DNA of 64,000 nt from positions 1,190-65,189 of the forward strand of contig JBAZSF010000004.1 in the NCBI GenBank assembly GCA_041662525.1. Direction: 5' to 3'. Under the pieces are notes generated by a model. It had not been told where the DNA came from and ran no database searches. It saw nothing but the letters and a program-made list of their open reading frames with translations. The stretch comes from Minisyncoccota bacterium (lineage in GTDB: Bacteria > Patescibacteriota > Minisyncoccia > Phycocordibacterales > UBA9973). Below are positions 38,192-47,126 of this stretch, in pieces. The position numbers and the translations under genes are program-made. How positions within the stretch are numbered: position 1 is the stretch's first letter; every line of letters starts with the position of its first letter.

Positions 38192-38598
38192 AACAAGCAA
38201 CCTTACAATTTAAGACACGCATCCATAACGTAAATATTATGAACAATAATATTGAAATTGAAAAGAATATTTTTTATACAATGGTTTTTATTTTTATAGG
38301 ACTAGCATTTTTTTATGTGTTTATTTTAGGGAACATGGTTTTTAGTATTGTAGCGAGGAGAGCTCTAGAAAAAGAAATGGTTGCTCTTTCTAGTGAAATA
38401 AGTAAATTAGAGGTTTCTTATTTAACTGTTTCTAATAGTATTGATATGAATCTTTCTTCTACTATGGGATTTAAAGAAACCAAAGCAACTTTTGCCACTC
38501 GCAAACCCCTCGGACGTAGTTCTACGGGTGAGACCCTTGGATTTAATGTGAGCGGGGGGCATCTTGGAAATATAAAACTTAATAATAATGAAATCTAG
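38188..38598 (+). CDS. FtsL-like bitopic membrane protein
   Basis: Position between rsmH and ftsI; TM plus coiled coil plus MGF. Confidence 0.65.
   Translation: MKQATLQFKTRIHNVNIMNNNIEIEKNIFYTMVFIFIGLAFFYVFILGNMVFSIVARRALEKEMVALSSEISKLEVSYLTVSNSIDMNLSSTMGFKETKATFATRKPLGRSSTGETLGFNVSGGHLGNIKLNNNEI
38505..38529. repeat. GC-rich hairpin in-frame in the ftsL-like gene
   Basis: ACCCCTCGGACGTAGTTCTACGGGT (PLGRSSTG); CCCCTCG...CTACGG as at 21517..21550. Confidence 0.5.
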
Positions 38599-40303
38599 TT
38601 TTGTTTTTAGATCTAGAATAATTCTTTTTTTCGTTTTAATTTTTGCCGCCGTACTTATGACAAAACTTTTTTTTGTGCAATTTGTGCATGGTGGTACTTA
38701 TTCGCAAGCCGCAGATCGTCAATATTCAACACCTTCATCAAATATTTATGAACGCGGGACTATTTATTTTGAGCGCAAAGATGGAGAGCTTGTTTCTGCC
38801 GCTGTTCAGACCGCTGGTTTTAAAATGGCTATCAATCCTAGTAAAATTACTAATGGAGAATCTGTTTATAAAAAATTGTCAAAAATAATAACTTTTGATC
38901 ATGATGATTTTATATCAAGGGTAGGACAAAAGAATGATCCGTATGAAGAAATAGCAAACCATCTTTCTAAAGAACAAGCTGATGCTATTTCTGCATTAAA
39001 AATAGGAGGAGTAAATATTTTTAAAGAAAAATGGCGTTTTTATCCTGGAGGTAGCTTGGCCGCGCATTCTATTGGTTTCGTGGGTTATAAAGGCAATGAA
39101 TTAGGTGGACGTTATGGACTTGAGAGACAATATGATTCCATTTTGGCTCGCAATGTAAACAACCCTTACATTAATTTTTTTGCTGAAGTTTTCTCTAACA
39201 TAAATGAAACTTTATTTTCCGATAAAATAGCCGAAGGAGATATAGTAACGACGATCGAACCTCAGGTTCAAAGTTTTTTAGAAAAAAAAATAATTGAAGT
39301 AAAGAATAAATATCAAGCTGATTCTGTGGGTGGGATAATTATGAATCCTATAGATGGATCTATTTTTGCCTTAGGGGCTCTTCCTTCTTTTGATCCAAAT
39401 ATTTTTAATCAAAATAAAACAGTTTCAGTATTTTCAAATCCATTAGTAGAAAATGTCTTAGAATTTGGTTCTGTAGTCAAGCCTTTGGTTATGTCCGGTG
39501 CTCTAGATGCAGGAGTGCTGACTGCTGACACGAAATACAACGATACTGGCAAGGTTATTGTCGAAAAACATGAAATATTTAATTTTGACAAAAAAGGCAG
39601 GGGACCAGGGACAAGCATGCAAGAAGTTTTAAATCAATCTCTTAACACGGGTATGGTTTTAGTAGAACAGAGGTTAGGTAAAGTAAAATTGCGGGATTAT
39701 TTATTAGGTTTTGGTATTAAAGAAAAAACAGGAATTGATTTACCGAATGAAACTTCGGGGCTTGTCTCGGGTATTTTAACAAGTCCTCGTGAAATTGAAT
39801 ACGCTAACGCTGCTTTTGGTCAAGGAATTGCTTTTACTCCATTTGAATTAATTCGAGCGTTAGCTTCTCTCAGCAATGGTGGGAATTTAGTTGTCCCGCA
39901 TCTTGTTAAAGAAATAAAATATACTGATGGGACTTCTAAAAAAATTACTTATGGAACGGTTCCTGCAAAAATTACAAAAGCCACCTCTTTAGAAATAACT
40001 AGAATGCTTGTGCAGGTTATGGATAAAGGGATAGCTGGGGATGCAAAAAAACTTGATCATTTTAGCGTGGCAGCAAAAACAGGTACCGCGCAAGTTGCGG
40101 ATAATGTAAATGGAGGATATTATGTAAATAGGCATAACCATTCTTTTGTAGGTTATTTCCCAGCTTATGACCCGAAGTTTATAGTTTTTCTTTATGCTAT
40201 AAATCCTAAAGGAGTGCTTTATTCCGCGACGACTTGGACTGATCCTTTTTTAGAGATTACAAAATTTTTATTAAATTATTACAATGTCCCGCCAGATAGA
40301 TAA
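38588..40303 (+). CDS. ftsI: Class B penicillin-binding protein (FtsI-like)
   Basis: RGTI, RFYP, EFGSVVK (SxxK), SLN and KTGTAQ motifs. Confidence 0.92.
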   Translation: MKSSFVFRSRIILFFVLIFAAVLMTKLFFVQFVHGGTYSQAADRQYSTPSSNIYERGTIYFERKDGELVSAAVQTAGFKMAINPSKITNGESVYKKLSKIITFDHDDFISRVGQKNDPYEEIANHLSKEQADAISALKIGGVNIFKEKWRFYPGGSLAAHSIGFVGYKGNELGGRYGLERQYDSILARNVNNPYINFFAEVFSNINETLFSDKIAEGDIVTTIEPQVQSFLEKKIIEVKNKYQADSVGGIIMNPIDGSIFALGALPSFDPNIFNQNKTVSVFSNPLVENVLEFGSVVKPLVMSGALDAGVLTADTKYNDTGKVIVEKHEIFNFDKKGRGPGTSMQEVLNQSLNTGMVLVEQRLGKVKLRDYLLGFGIKEKTGIDLPNETSGLVSGILTSPREIEYANAAFGQGIAFTPFELIRALASLSNGGNLVVPHLVKEIKYTDGTSKKITYGTVPAKITKATSLEITRMLVQVMDKGIAGDAKKLDHFSVAAKTGTAQVADNVNGGYYVNRHNHSFVGYFPAYDPKFIVFLYAINPKGVLYSATTWTDPFLEITKFLLNYYNVPPDR

Positions 40304-40336
40304 CCTCACCCCAGCCCTCTCCTGACAAGAGAGGAA
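40304..40336. repeat. CCTCACCCC..CCCTCTCC-type intergenic hairpin
   Basis: CCTCACCCCAGCCCTCTCCTGACAAGAGAGG; GC island in an AT-rich spacer. Confidence 0.5.
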
Positions 40337-40343
40337 GAAATCA

Positions 40344-41684
40344 ATGAAAACAACTTTTAGAAACGCAATAGTTTATATTTTAAAAATTGAGTCGCAACTC
40401 GTGCTTTTTAGATATAAGCCAAAAATAATAGCAGTTACTGGATCAGTCGGTAAGACTTCTACTAAAGATGCAGTCTATGCTGTGCTTTCAAAGATTTCCC
40501 ATGTTCGTAAAAGTGAAAAAAGTTTTAATAGCGAAATAGGTTTGCCCCTTACTATTTTAGGTATTCCTAATGGATGGAATAATCTTTTCGTTTGGCTCTT
40601 AAATATATTAAAAGGCTTGTGGCTTTTTTTAAATCCTTTTGGGCCTAAATATCCAAAATGGCTCGTACTTGAAGTCGGGATAGGAAAGCCAGGAGACATG
40701 AAAAAAACTGCCTCTTGGATTAAAACTGACGCTGTTATTATGACTGCCATAGGGGATACTCCTTCTCATGTTGAATTCTTTCTCTCCCATAAACATCTCG
40801 TAGAAGAAAAAAGTCAACTTATAAAAACCTTAAAAAAAGACGGAATTTTAGTATTGAATGCAGACGACAAAATGATTCTTAATATGAAAGAAAAAAGCAA
40901 ACACTATACCATCACATATGGATTTAAAGAAGGCGCTGATGTGATAGGCTCTGGTGATACTATTTTTTACAATAAAGACAATGAACCAGAAGGGGTAATC
41001 TTTAGAGTAGACGAAGGGGGCAGCAGTTTACCCGTCGTGATAGAAAAAGTTTTTGGACGAAACCATATTTATGCTGCACTCTCGGCTTTGGCATTATCTT
41101 TTGGTTTAAAGTTCAATATGTTGGCAGCAGTGGATGCGCTTAAAGATTATGATGTGGCACCTGGGCGGATGAGATTACACAAAGGGATAAATGATAGTTT
41201 GATTATTGATGATACATACAATTCTTCGCCTTTTGCTTGTGAGTTTGCATTAAAGACTTTAGGTGAAATGAAAGGGTCAGGAAGAAAAATTGCTATCTTG
41301 GGTGATATGTTAGAACTCGGCAAACATACTATTGAAGCTCATAAAAATATTGGGAAAATTGCTAAAGATAATATAGATATTTTAATTGTGGTTGGACAAA
41401 GGGCAGAAAAAATAAAAGAAGGAGCGATAGAAGCAGGAATGAGAGAAAAAAACCCGCCTCGCGTCGACGAGTCTTCGCGAGTCGAGGCGGGTATTTTTCA
41501 ATTTTTAAATTCTAATGAAGCAGGGGATTTTATAAAAACTTTTGTAGAGAAAAATGATATTGTGCTAGTGAAAGGATCCCAAGGTATGCGAATGGAGCGA
41601 GTAGTAGGAGCGATACTTTTAGATCAAGAAAATAAATATAAGTTGTTAGTGCGCCAAGAGCCAGAGTGGCTAGAGAAAAAATAA
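40344..41684 (+). CDS. murF: UDP-MurNAc-tripeptide D-Ala-D-Ala ligase
   Basis: VTGSVGKTSTK, FNSEIGLP, GRM, DDTYNSSP, LGDMLELG and LVKGS motifs. Confidence 0.95.
   Translation: MKTTFRNAIVYILKIESQLVLFRYKPKIIAVTGSVGKTSTKDAVYAVLSKISHVRKSEKSFNSEIGLPLTILGIPNGWNNLFVWLLNILKGLWLFLNPFGPKYPKWLVLEVGIGKPGDMKKTASWIKTDAVIMTAIGDTPSHVEFFLSHKHLVEEKSQLIKTLKKDGILVLNADDKMILNMKEKSKHYTITYGFKEGADVIGSGDTIFYNKDNEPEGVIFRVDEGGSSLPVVIEKVFGRNHIYAALSALALSFGLKFNMLAAVDALKDYDVAPGRMRLHKGINDSLIIDDTYNSSPFACEFALKTLGEMKGSGRKIAILGDMLELGKHTIEAHKNIGKIAKDNIDILIVVGQRAEKIKEGAIEAGMREKNPPRVDESSRVEAGIFQFLNSNEAGDFIKTFVEKNDIVLVKGSQGMRMERVVGAILLDQENKYKLLVRQEPEWLEKK
41452..41492. repeat. Palindromic element in-frame in murF
   Basis: 10-bp perfect inverted repeat ACCCGCCTCG/CGAGGCGGGT; encodes NPPRVDESSRVEAG. 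Confidence 0.75.
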
Positions 41685-41701
41685 ATTTTTATTTTTGAAG
41701 T

Positions 41702-41735
41702 AAAAAAAGGGGATGAGCTCCTAAAAGCTCACCCC
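41702..41735 (-). terminator. Intrinsic terminator
   Basis: A7-GGGG(A)TGAGCT..AGCTCACCCC. Confidence 0.7.
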
Positions 41736-41755
41736 TAACGACTAAAAGGAAACGA

Positions 41756-42091
41756 TTATATGCAACCTGTTGGTTTGGGAAGTCCTGCATATTTACATGA
41801 CCGTTTTACAGGACTACCCGGATATAATTTGAAAAGGTGTTTTGAGTTGCCTTTTTCTGGTCCCAACACCCTCCCTATCACCCTTATAAGGTTATTAAAA
41901 AAAGGAACAATCTGGTACTGCTTGTAATGGTCTCTGAGTAAATTGATCACCTCCCAGTGTTCTGGTGTCAATTCTGTATTGTCCTGTTTAGCAAGAACTT
42001 CTGCAAGCTCCTTGCTCCAGTCATCGAGGTTCAGAAGATAGCCGTCGTCATCCACCTCAATCTGTCTTCCTTGAAAATCTATTGTTGGCAT
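41756..42091 (-). CDS. dsrC: DsrC/TusE-family sulfur-relay protein with both C-terminal cysteines
   Basis: DDDGYLLNLDDW, LTPEHWEVI, LFKLYPGSP and CKYAGLPKPTGCI (C-x10-C); SD AAAGGAGG. Confidence 0.9.
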   Translation of the reverse strand: MPTIDFQGRQIEVDDDGYLLNLDDWSKELAEVLAKQDNTELTPEHWEVINLLRDHYKQYQIVPFFNNLIRVIGRVLGPEKGNSKHLFKLYPGSPVKRSCKYAGLPKPTGCI

Positions 42092-42177
42092 TTTTGCCCT
42101 CCTTTGAACTTTAATTCCCTACAAAGTAGGGAAGTTTCATCTAAGGTGATTCTAGTGAAATAACCAAGAAAGTCAAT

Positions 42178-42426
42178 TTAGATTTTTCCAACAATTTTTG
42201 CGAGCCAATTTTCTATTTTATTTACAAAGGAAAGGGAGTGTTTGTTTTTTTGCGCGTGTTTTTGAATCTGCAGGCGAATTTTTGGGAAATAAAGAGAAAG
42301 AATCATAAATCCAATAATCAAGAAAGGAATCCCCTGCAAAAAAGGTATTATTAAACCAATCAATCCAAATAAGATGAAAATAATCCCAAGAGTTAAAATA
42401 AAAACTTTTTTTATTTTCTTTCGCAT
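42178..42426 (-). CDS. Small membrane protein (DUF454/PGPGW-like)
   Basis: GLIGLIIPFLQGIPFLIIG hydrophobic hairpin. Confidence 0.7.
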   Translation of the reverse strand: MRKKIKKVFILTLGIIFILFGLIGLIIPFLQGIPFLIIGFMILSLYFPKIRLQIQKHAQKNKHSLSFVNKIENWLAKIVGKI

Positions 42427-42489
42427 CGTGAAAGCATTATAGCATTATTTGATTTTTGTGACGTGTTCTAATTATGGTATCATTATTTT

Positions 42490-43044
42490 ATGAAACTCTT
42501 GATAATTTTTGGCCCTCCGGCGGTAGGGAAAACCACAGTAGGGAAGATAATAGAATCAAAGTCTGATTTTAAACTTTTTCATAACCATATGGCCTTGGAT
42601 GGAATAATGCATTTATTTGGGATTGGAACTCCTTCTGAAGACAAATTGAGTCGTGTTGTTCGAGAAAATATCATCAAAGAAGCTGCAGAGGCCGGTATGA
42701 ATTTAATTTTTACTTACGTGTGGAATTTTGCAAAAGAAAAAGGAAAAACCAACATAGACTCTTATAAAAAAATTTATGAATCAGCTGGCGGTAAAGTAAT
42801 TTTTGTGGAATTAGTTGCTCCGCTTTCTGTCCGAGCCCTACGTGCTGATGACCCTATGCGTAACGTAGAGAAAAAATATGCTCCAAATAAAGAACGTGTA
42901 CTTGCTTTAGAAAATACTATGGATTTTAATAGTCCTGATCCTTTCTTCTATCCAAATTATACAAAAATTGACACAGAAAATAAAACACCGGAAACCATTG
43001 CTGATGAAATTCTCCCATTACTTATGATAGAATTAAAGAAATGA
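42490..43044 (+). CDS. P-loop kinase-like (AAA_33/shikimate kinase-like) protein
   Basis: GPPAVGKTT, FHNH and FVELVA..R motifs. Confidence 0.85.
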   Translation: MKLLIIFGPPAVGKTTVGKIIESKSDFKLFHNHMALDGIMHLFGIGTPSEDKLSRVVRENIIKEAAEAGMNLIFTYVWNFAKEKGKTNIDSYKKIYESAGGKVIFVELVAPLSVRALRADDPMRNVEKKYAPNKERVLALENTMDFNSPDPFFYPNYTKIDTENKTPETIADEILPLLMIELKK

Positions 43045-43415
43045 GAAATTATAATGCAAAAGATGTTGATTCTTATATTGCAGGTTCAGAGAAAGAGGCT
43101 CGTCCTCATCTGAAGGAGCTTCGGAAAATAATAAAATCAACTGTTCCAAAAGCAGAAGAGGGAATAAGCTGGGGTGTACCATTCTACAAGTATCACGGCC
43201 TTTTGGGCGGATTTGCAGTATTTAAAAACCATGTTAGCTTTGGTCTGGCTTTTGTGTTTGAAAAGAAAGACCGTGAAATACTTGAAAAAAAAGGTTACAA
43301 AACTGGAAGTAAAACGGTGCAAATTAAATTTGACCAAAAAGTGCCAATCAAAGAGATAAAACAAATTCTAAAAGCGAAAGCAAAAATGAATGAGGTCAAA
43401 AAAGTGATAAAATAA
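43041..43415 (+). CDS. DUF1801 (YdhG-like) protein
   Basis: VDSYI, LRKII, ISWGVPFY and KNHVS motifs. Confidence 0.85.
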   Translation: MRNYNAKDVDSYIAGSEKEARPHLKELRKIIKSTVPKAEEGISWGVPFYKYHGLLGGFAVFKNHVSFGLAFVFEKKDREILEKKGYKTGSKTVQIKFDQKVPIKEIKQILKAKAKMNEVKKVIK

Positions 43416-43427
43416 ATTTTTAGTTTT

Positions 43428-44396
43428 TTATCTTAGGATTAAATTAAAAAGATATCCTGTGAATATAATACCGACTGCTACAATTCCCGCAAATATAAAA
43501 ATTAATTTAATTTTCATCACTCTTTTTAAAATCATAAACTCTGGCAAAGATAAAGCCGTCACAGACATCATAAATGCCAGGGTGGTACCCACAGACACTC
43601 CCTTCTCTGTTAGAGCAGAAACAAGGGGTATAACTCCCGCAGCATTTGAATACAGAGGGATACCGATGATCACAGCCAAAGGCACAGCGTACCATTTATC
43701 ACTTCCCGCATATTGTGCTAGAAAATCAGCAGGAACATAACCATGTATCCAAGCACCAATTCCAATACCAATTAAAATATAAATCCAAACTTTTTTAATA
43801 ATATTTAATGTATAATTTTTAGCATAAATAATTCGCTCTCTTCTTGTCATTGTTGGTAAGTTTGCACTTCCATTTATGGTATTTTGATAAACGAATGGTT
43901 CAACTAAATTTTCTACTTTCATTTTGCCAATAATCATTCCTGAAAGGATAGAAATGATAAGTCCACTCACTATATACATCAGAGCAATTTTCCAACCAAA
44001 CATTCCTAGGAGTAAAATTAAAGCCACTTCGTTTATCATGGGCGAAGCTACAAGAAAAGAAAAAGTGGTTCCGAGTGGAACACCTGCTTGGATAAAACCT
44101 AAAAATAATGGTATGGCAGAACAAGAACAAAAAGGAGTGATGATTCCTAAAAGGGAGGCGAAAATATTCCCAACATATTTATTCTTACGAGATAATATTG
44201 CTCTTATTTTTTCTGGTGGTAAATATGAGCGAATAATTGAAACAAAAAAGATAATCACAAAAAGCAAGAGGAATATCTTTATGGTGTCATAGATAAAGAA
44301 ATTGATTGCGAGAGCTTTAAGAGTTTTTGGGGTAATTGCAAGAACAGAATAAGTAAGCCAATTAGCTAGTATTTGTATTGGATAGAAGATACTCAT
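43428..44396 (-). CDS. ArsP/DUF318-family permease
   Basis: TPFCSCSAIP, GVPLGTTFSFLVASP, GIPLYSN and ALSLPE motifs. Confidence 0.9.
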   Translation of the reverse strand: MSIFYPIQILANWLTYSVLAITPKTLKALAINFFIYDTIKIFLLLFVIIFFVSIIRSYLPPEKIRAILSRKNKYVGNIFASLLGIITPFCSCSAIPLFLGFIQAGVPLGTTFSFLVASPMINEVALILLLGMFGWKIALMYIVSGLIISILSGMIIGKMKVENLVEPFVYQNTINGSANLPTMTRRERIIYAKNYTLNIIKKVWIYILIGIGIGAWIHGYVPADFLAQYAGSDKWYAVPLAVIIGIPLYSNAAGVIPLVSALTEKGVSVGTTLAFMMSVTALSLPEFMILKRVMKIKLIFIFAGIVAVGIIFTGYLFNLILR

Positions 44397-44404
44397 AACC
44401 TCTC

Positions 44405-44590
44405 TTATTTTCTAAATGAAATAAATCCAATATAAATAGCTAGAATCACCCCTAGCACTATTAATAAAGTTATGTATTGAGAAAAAACTTCATGCCAATA
44501 TGCACCGACAGCAAGCCCAAAAGAAAATAATGCTAATTTTAATAAACCAACCTGCCACCAACTATACGTGTAGTTTTTAAATATGTTCAT
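44405..44590 (-). CDS. Small two-TM membrane protein
   Basis: 61 aa hydrophobic; TGgTACAAT 6 nt before the ATG. Confidence 0.65.
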   Translation of the reverse strand: MNIFKNYTYSWWQVGLLKLALFSFGLAVGAYWHEVFSQYITLLIVLGVILAIYIGFISFRK

Positions 44591-44646
44591 AGGTATATTG
44601 TACCATCAAAATTATATTAGTTTCAATTAAATAAAAGTTTTTAGTC

Positions 44647-45234
44647 TTACCTTATACCTGTATCGCAAAAAATAGTTGCGGATGTAAAAATATTTGGACT
44701 CACAGTAACCTCTGGATGATCGCACCTTGGTAATTTATTTTCTCCTGCACCTAAAGTATATTTTCCTGGTGGTAGGGAAGCAGAGAAATTTCCATCGGCA
44801 TCACTGGTAGTTATTACAAATGGATGCACTGGATCATTTGCACGGAAGACAACGACTGTGGTTTTGTATGGCTTGTCGGCACAATTTGGGTCTGGTGGGA
44901 TACGCTCTACTGGACATGTTGGTCCTAACATGACTTTTCCTTTTACTCCTGATTGATATGGAAGAATGCTAGGTGTTCCTTTATTGTCCGGTAAAGTAAC
45001 TTCAGGGCAAGCAGTAAATTCACAATTAGGCCCAAAACGTCCTACATAAGAACCATCTGGGCATAATTTTGCTTCCTTTGTGCATGCGACTGGATTATTA
45101 CCAAAATGATTATAGTTATGATTATAGTTTTTGTTGTATTTTTCGTATAAGATGCTACATCCCACAACACATAAAATTACTAATATTAGTAGCGCAATTG
45201 ATATATATAAAAAACGATGTTCACTGTTTTTCAT
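44647..45234 (-). CDS. Membrane-anchored Cys-rich protein with carboxypeptidase-regulatory-like domain
   Basis: TM, CTKEAKLCPDGSYVGRFGPNCEFTACP module, GPTCPVE and SDADGNFSASLPPGKY motifs. Confidence 0.75.
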   Translation of the reverse strand: MKNSEHRFLYISIALLILVILCVVGCSILYEKYNKNYNHNYNHFGNNPVACTKEAKLCPDGSYVGRFGPNCEFTACPEVTLPDNKGTPSILPYQSGVKGKVMLGPTCPVERIPPDPNCADKPYKTTVVVFRANDPVHPFVITTSDADGNFSASLPPGKYTLGAGENKLPRCDHPEVTVSPNIFTSATIFCDTGIR

Positions 45235-45306
45235 GATTAATTATAATGATGACATTAAAGCTAAAAGATTTCAAGCTGAGGGAGATGTTTATGTTATAAT
45301 CATTTT

Positions 45307-46164
45307 ATGAAACTTAGCAAAGGATTCTATTTTACTTTTGGAGCAGCATTTTTCTGGGCATTAGGTATTATTACAACAAAATTTATTTTTCTTAGAGGAG
45401 AAAATGTATTTAACTTTACTTTTTGGGTAATTATTTTTGCTACTCCTTTTTGGATATTTACTCTCTATAAAAAAAGAGATGAATTAAAAAGAATTACTCG
45501 CCAAGATTATCTTTTATTGCTCAGCACAGGCCTAATCAGTATGGTTCTTTTGAATATAGTTGATTTCTTTGCCATAAAATACAGTTATGCTATAAATTAT
45601 TCTTTTTTAATTAGAACTAGTATTATTTTTACTATATTTTTCTCTTTTCTATTTTTAGGAGAAAAAATTACGCTTAAAAAGATTATTTTAGCCACCCTGA
45701 TTTTAATAGGTGCTTTTTTCCTTACAACCAAAGGTCAAAAAATTATTTTATCGAGAGGAGATATATTAACTTTGATAGATGCAGCTTTGGTATCTTTTGG
45801 AAATACAATCTTGGGTAAAATTGCTGTAAAAAGAATGAGTGCTGGGTTAAGCGCTTCAGCTACTTTTTTAGTTGGTGTAATACCAGTAACATTAATTGTT
45901 TTATTTCTTCATAAATTAGAAATACCAAATTCAATATATTTAATTATATTAGCTGCAATTTTTTCTACAGCTGGAGCCCTTTTAAGGTTTAGGGCATATC
46001 AGAATGCCACAGCTTCTTATGTAGCGATGGTTTACTCATTTACACCAGTGATAGTATTTATTTTGGCTGTTATTTTCTTAAAGGAATCTGTTACTTATTT
46101 TCAGCTCATTGGAGGAACTCTAATAGTATTTTCTGGTGTGCTTGTTGAAAAATTAAAGATATAA
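45307..46164 (+). CDS. EamA/DMT-family transporter
   Basis: About 10 TM helices in two repeats (FLGEKIT, FLKESVT). Confidence 0.88.
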   Translation: MKLSKGFYFTFGAAFFWALGIITTKFIFLRGENVFNFTFWVIIFATPFWIFTLYKKRDELKRITRQDYLLLLSTGLISMVLLNIVDFFAIKYSYAINYSFLIRTSIIFTIFFSFLFLGEKITLKKIILATLILIGAFFLTTKGQKIILSRGDILTLIDAALVSFGNTILGKIAVKRMSAGLSASATFLVGVIPVTLIVLFLHKLEIPNSIYLIILAAIFSTAGALLRFRAYQNATASYVAMVYSFTPVIVFILAVIFLKESVTYFQLIGGTLIVFSGVLVEKLKI

Positions 46165-46172
46165 ATAATTTG

Positions 46173-46244
46173 TGACCCTACGCGGAATCGAACCGCGATT
46201 CCATCCTTGAGAAGGATGTGTCCTAACCGTTAGACGATAGGGCC
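46173..46244 (-). tRNA. tRNA-Glu(CTC)
   Basis: Reverse complement GGCCCTATCGTCTAACGGTTAGGACACATCC-TTCTCAA-GGATG...GTTCGATTC...TAGGGTCA. Confidence 0.93.
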
Positions 46245-46401
46245 ATTAAAAATTTTAAAACCTATCGTCTTGAGTAAGCCGTGGGGCGATAGAGCCTTAA
46301 AAATAACAACAAAGAAAATATAGCATTTTTTAGTAAAAAACTAAAGAAAAATTTATACAACTAGCAATAGCTGTTCTTGCTAATTATGTTATAATTATCG
46401 T

Positions 46402-46872
46402 ATGAAAAAATTTATTCCAGCGATAATAATTATTCATGTTATCGTAGTCGTGGTTTTTGTTTGGCGATTTAATATTAAGAAAGAAACGGTTCCGAAGCCG
46501 AGCCCAGTAATTATTGTTGACATAGGAAATGCAGAAGAGAAAAAAGATCTGATTCGAGTAGCTTTACCTAAGCCCAATGATGTGATAAAAAGCCCACTTG
46601 TTATAAAAGGTGAAGCGAGAGGGAATTGGTTTTTTGAAGCGTCATTTCCTATTAAATTAATAAACTCTGAGGGCAAAGAAGTTCCTCTTTCGCAGGGGTA
46701 CATCATGACTGCGGAAAATTGGATGACGACTGATTTTGTTCCCTTTGAGCAAGCCATCACTTTTCCTCTACAAAAAGCTGGGAAGGGAAAATTGATCTTA
46801 ATGAAGGATAATCCGTCTGGACTTCCTCAATTTGAGGATGAGCTCGTGATACCTATTTCGTTTGGACAATAA
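46402..46872 (+). CDS. Gmad2 immunoglobulin-like domain membrane protein
   Basis: TM, SPLVIKGEARGNWFFEASFPI, WMTTDFVPF and KDNPSGLP motifs. Confidence 0.85.
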   Translation: MKKFIPAIIIIHVIVVVVFVWRFNIKKETVPKPSPVIIVDIGNAEEKKDLIRVALPKPNDVIKSPLVIKGEARGNWFFEASFPIKLINSEGKEVPLSQGYIMTAENWMTTDFVPFEQAITFPLQKAGKGKLILMKDNPSGLPQFEDELVIPISFGQ

Positions 46873-46891
46873 AAATTCTTAAATCTAGTTT

Positions 46892-47107
46892 ATGTTTAAC
46901 CCTGAAAGATTTGTAAAACTAAAACCCTTAGTTCCAGGAGATTACAGAAAAGTTCCACCAGATTGTATCTGTGCTTTTGCGGATAGCAAATGTATTAAAA
47001 GAGTACACAACGGTAAATGTCCTACTAATTGTTTAGAAACTGGAGTATGTGGTGGCTGGGGTCCAAGAAAAGGATTACCAGAGAAAAGCAGGGTTGAGAA
47101 AAAGTAG
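46892..47107 (+). CDS. Small Cys-rich hypothetical protein
   Basis: 71 aa with 6 Cys; fills the gap between convergent genes. Confidence 0.55.
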   Translation: MFNPERFVKLKPLVPGDYRKVPPDCICAFADSKCIKRVHNGKCPTNCLETGVCGGWGPRKGLPEKSRVEKK

Positions 47108-47126
47108 CCGTTGTTGGTTCATAAAG

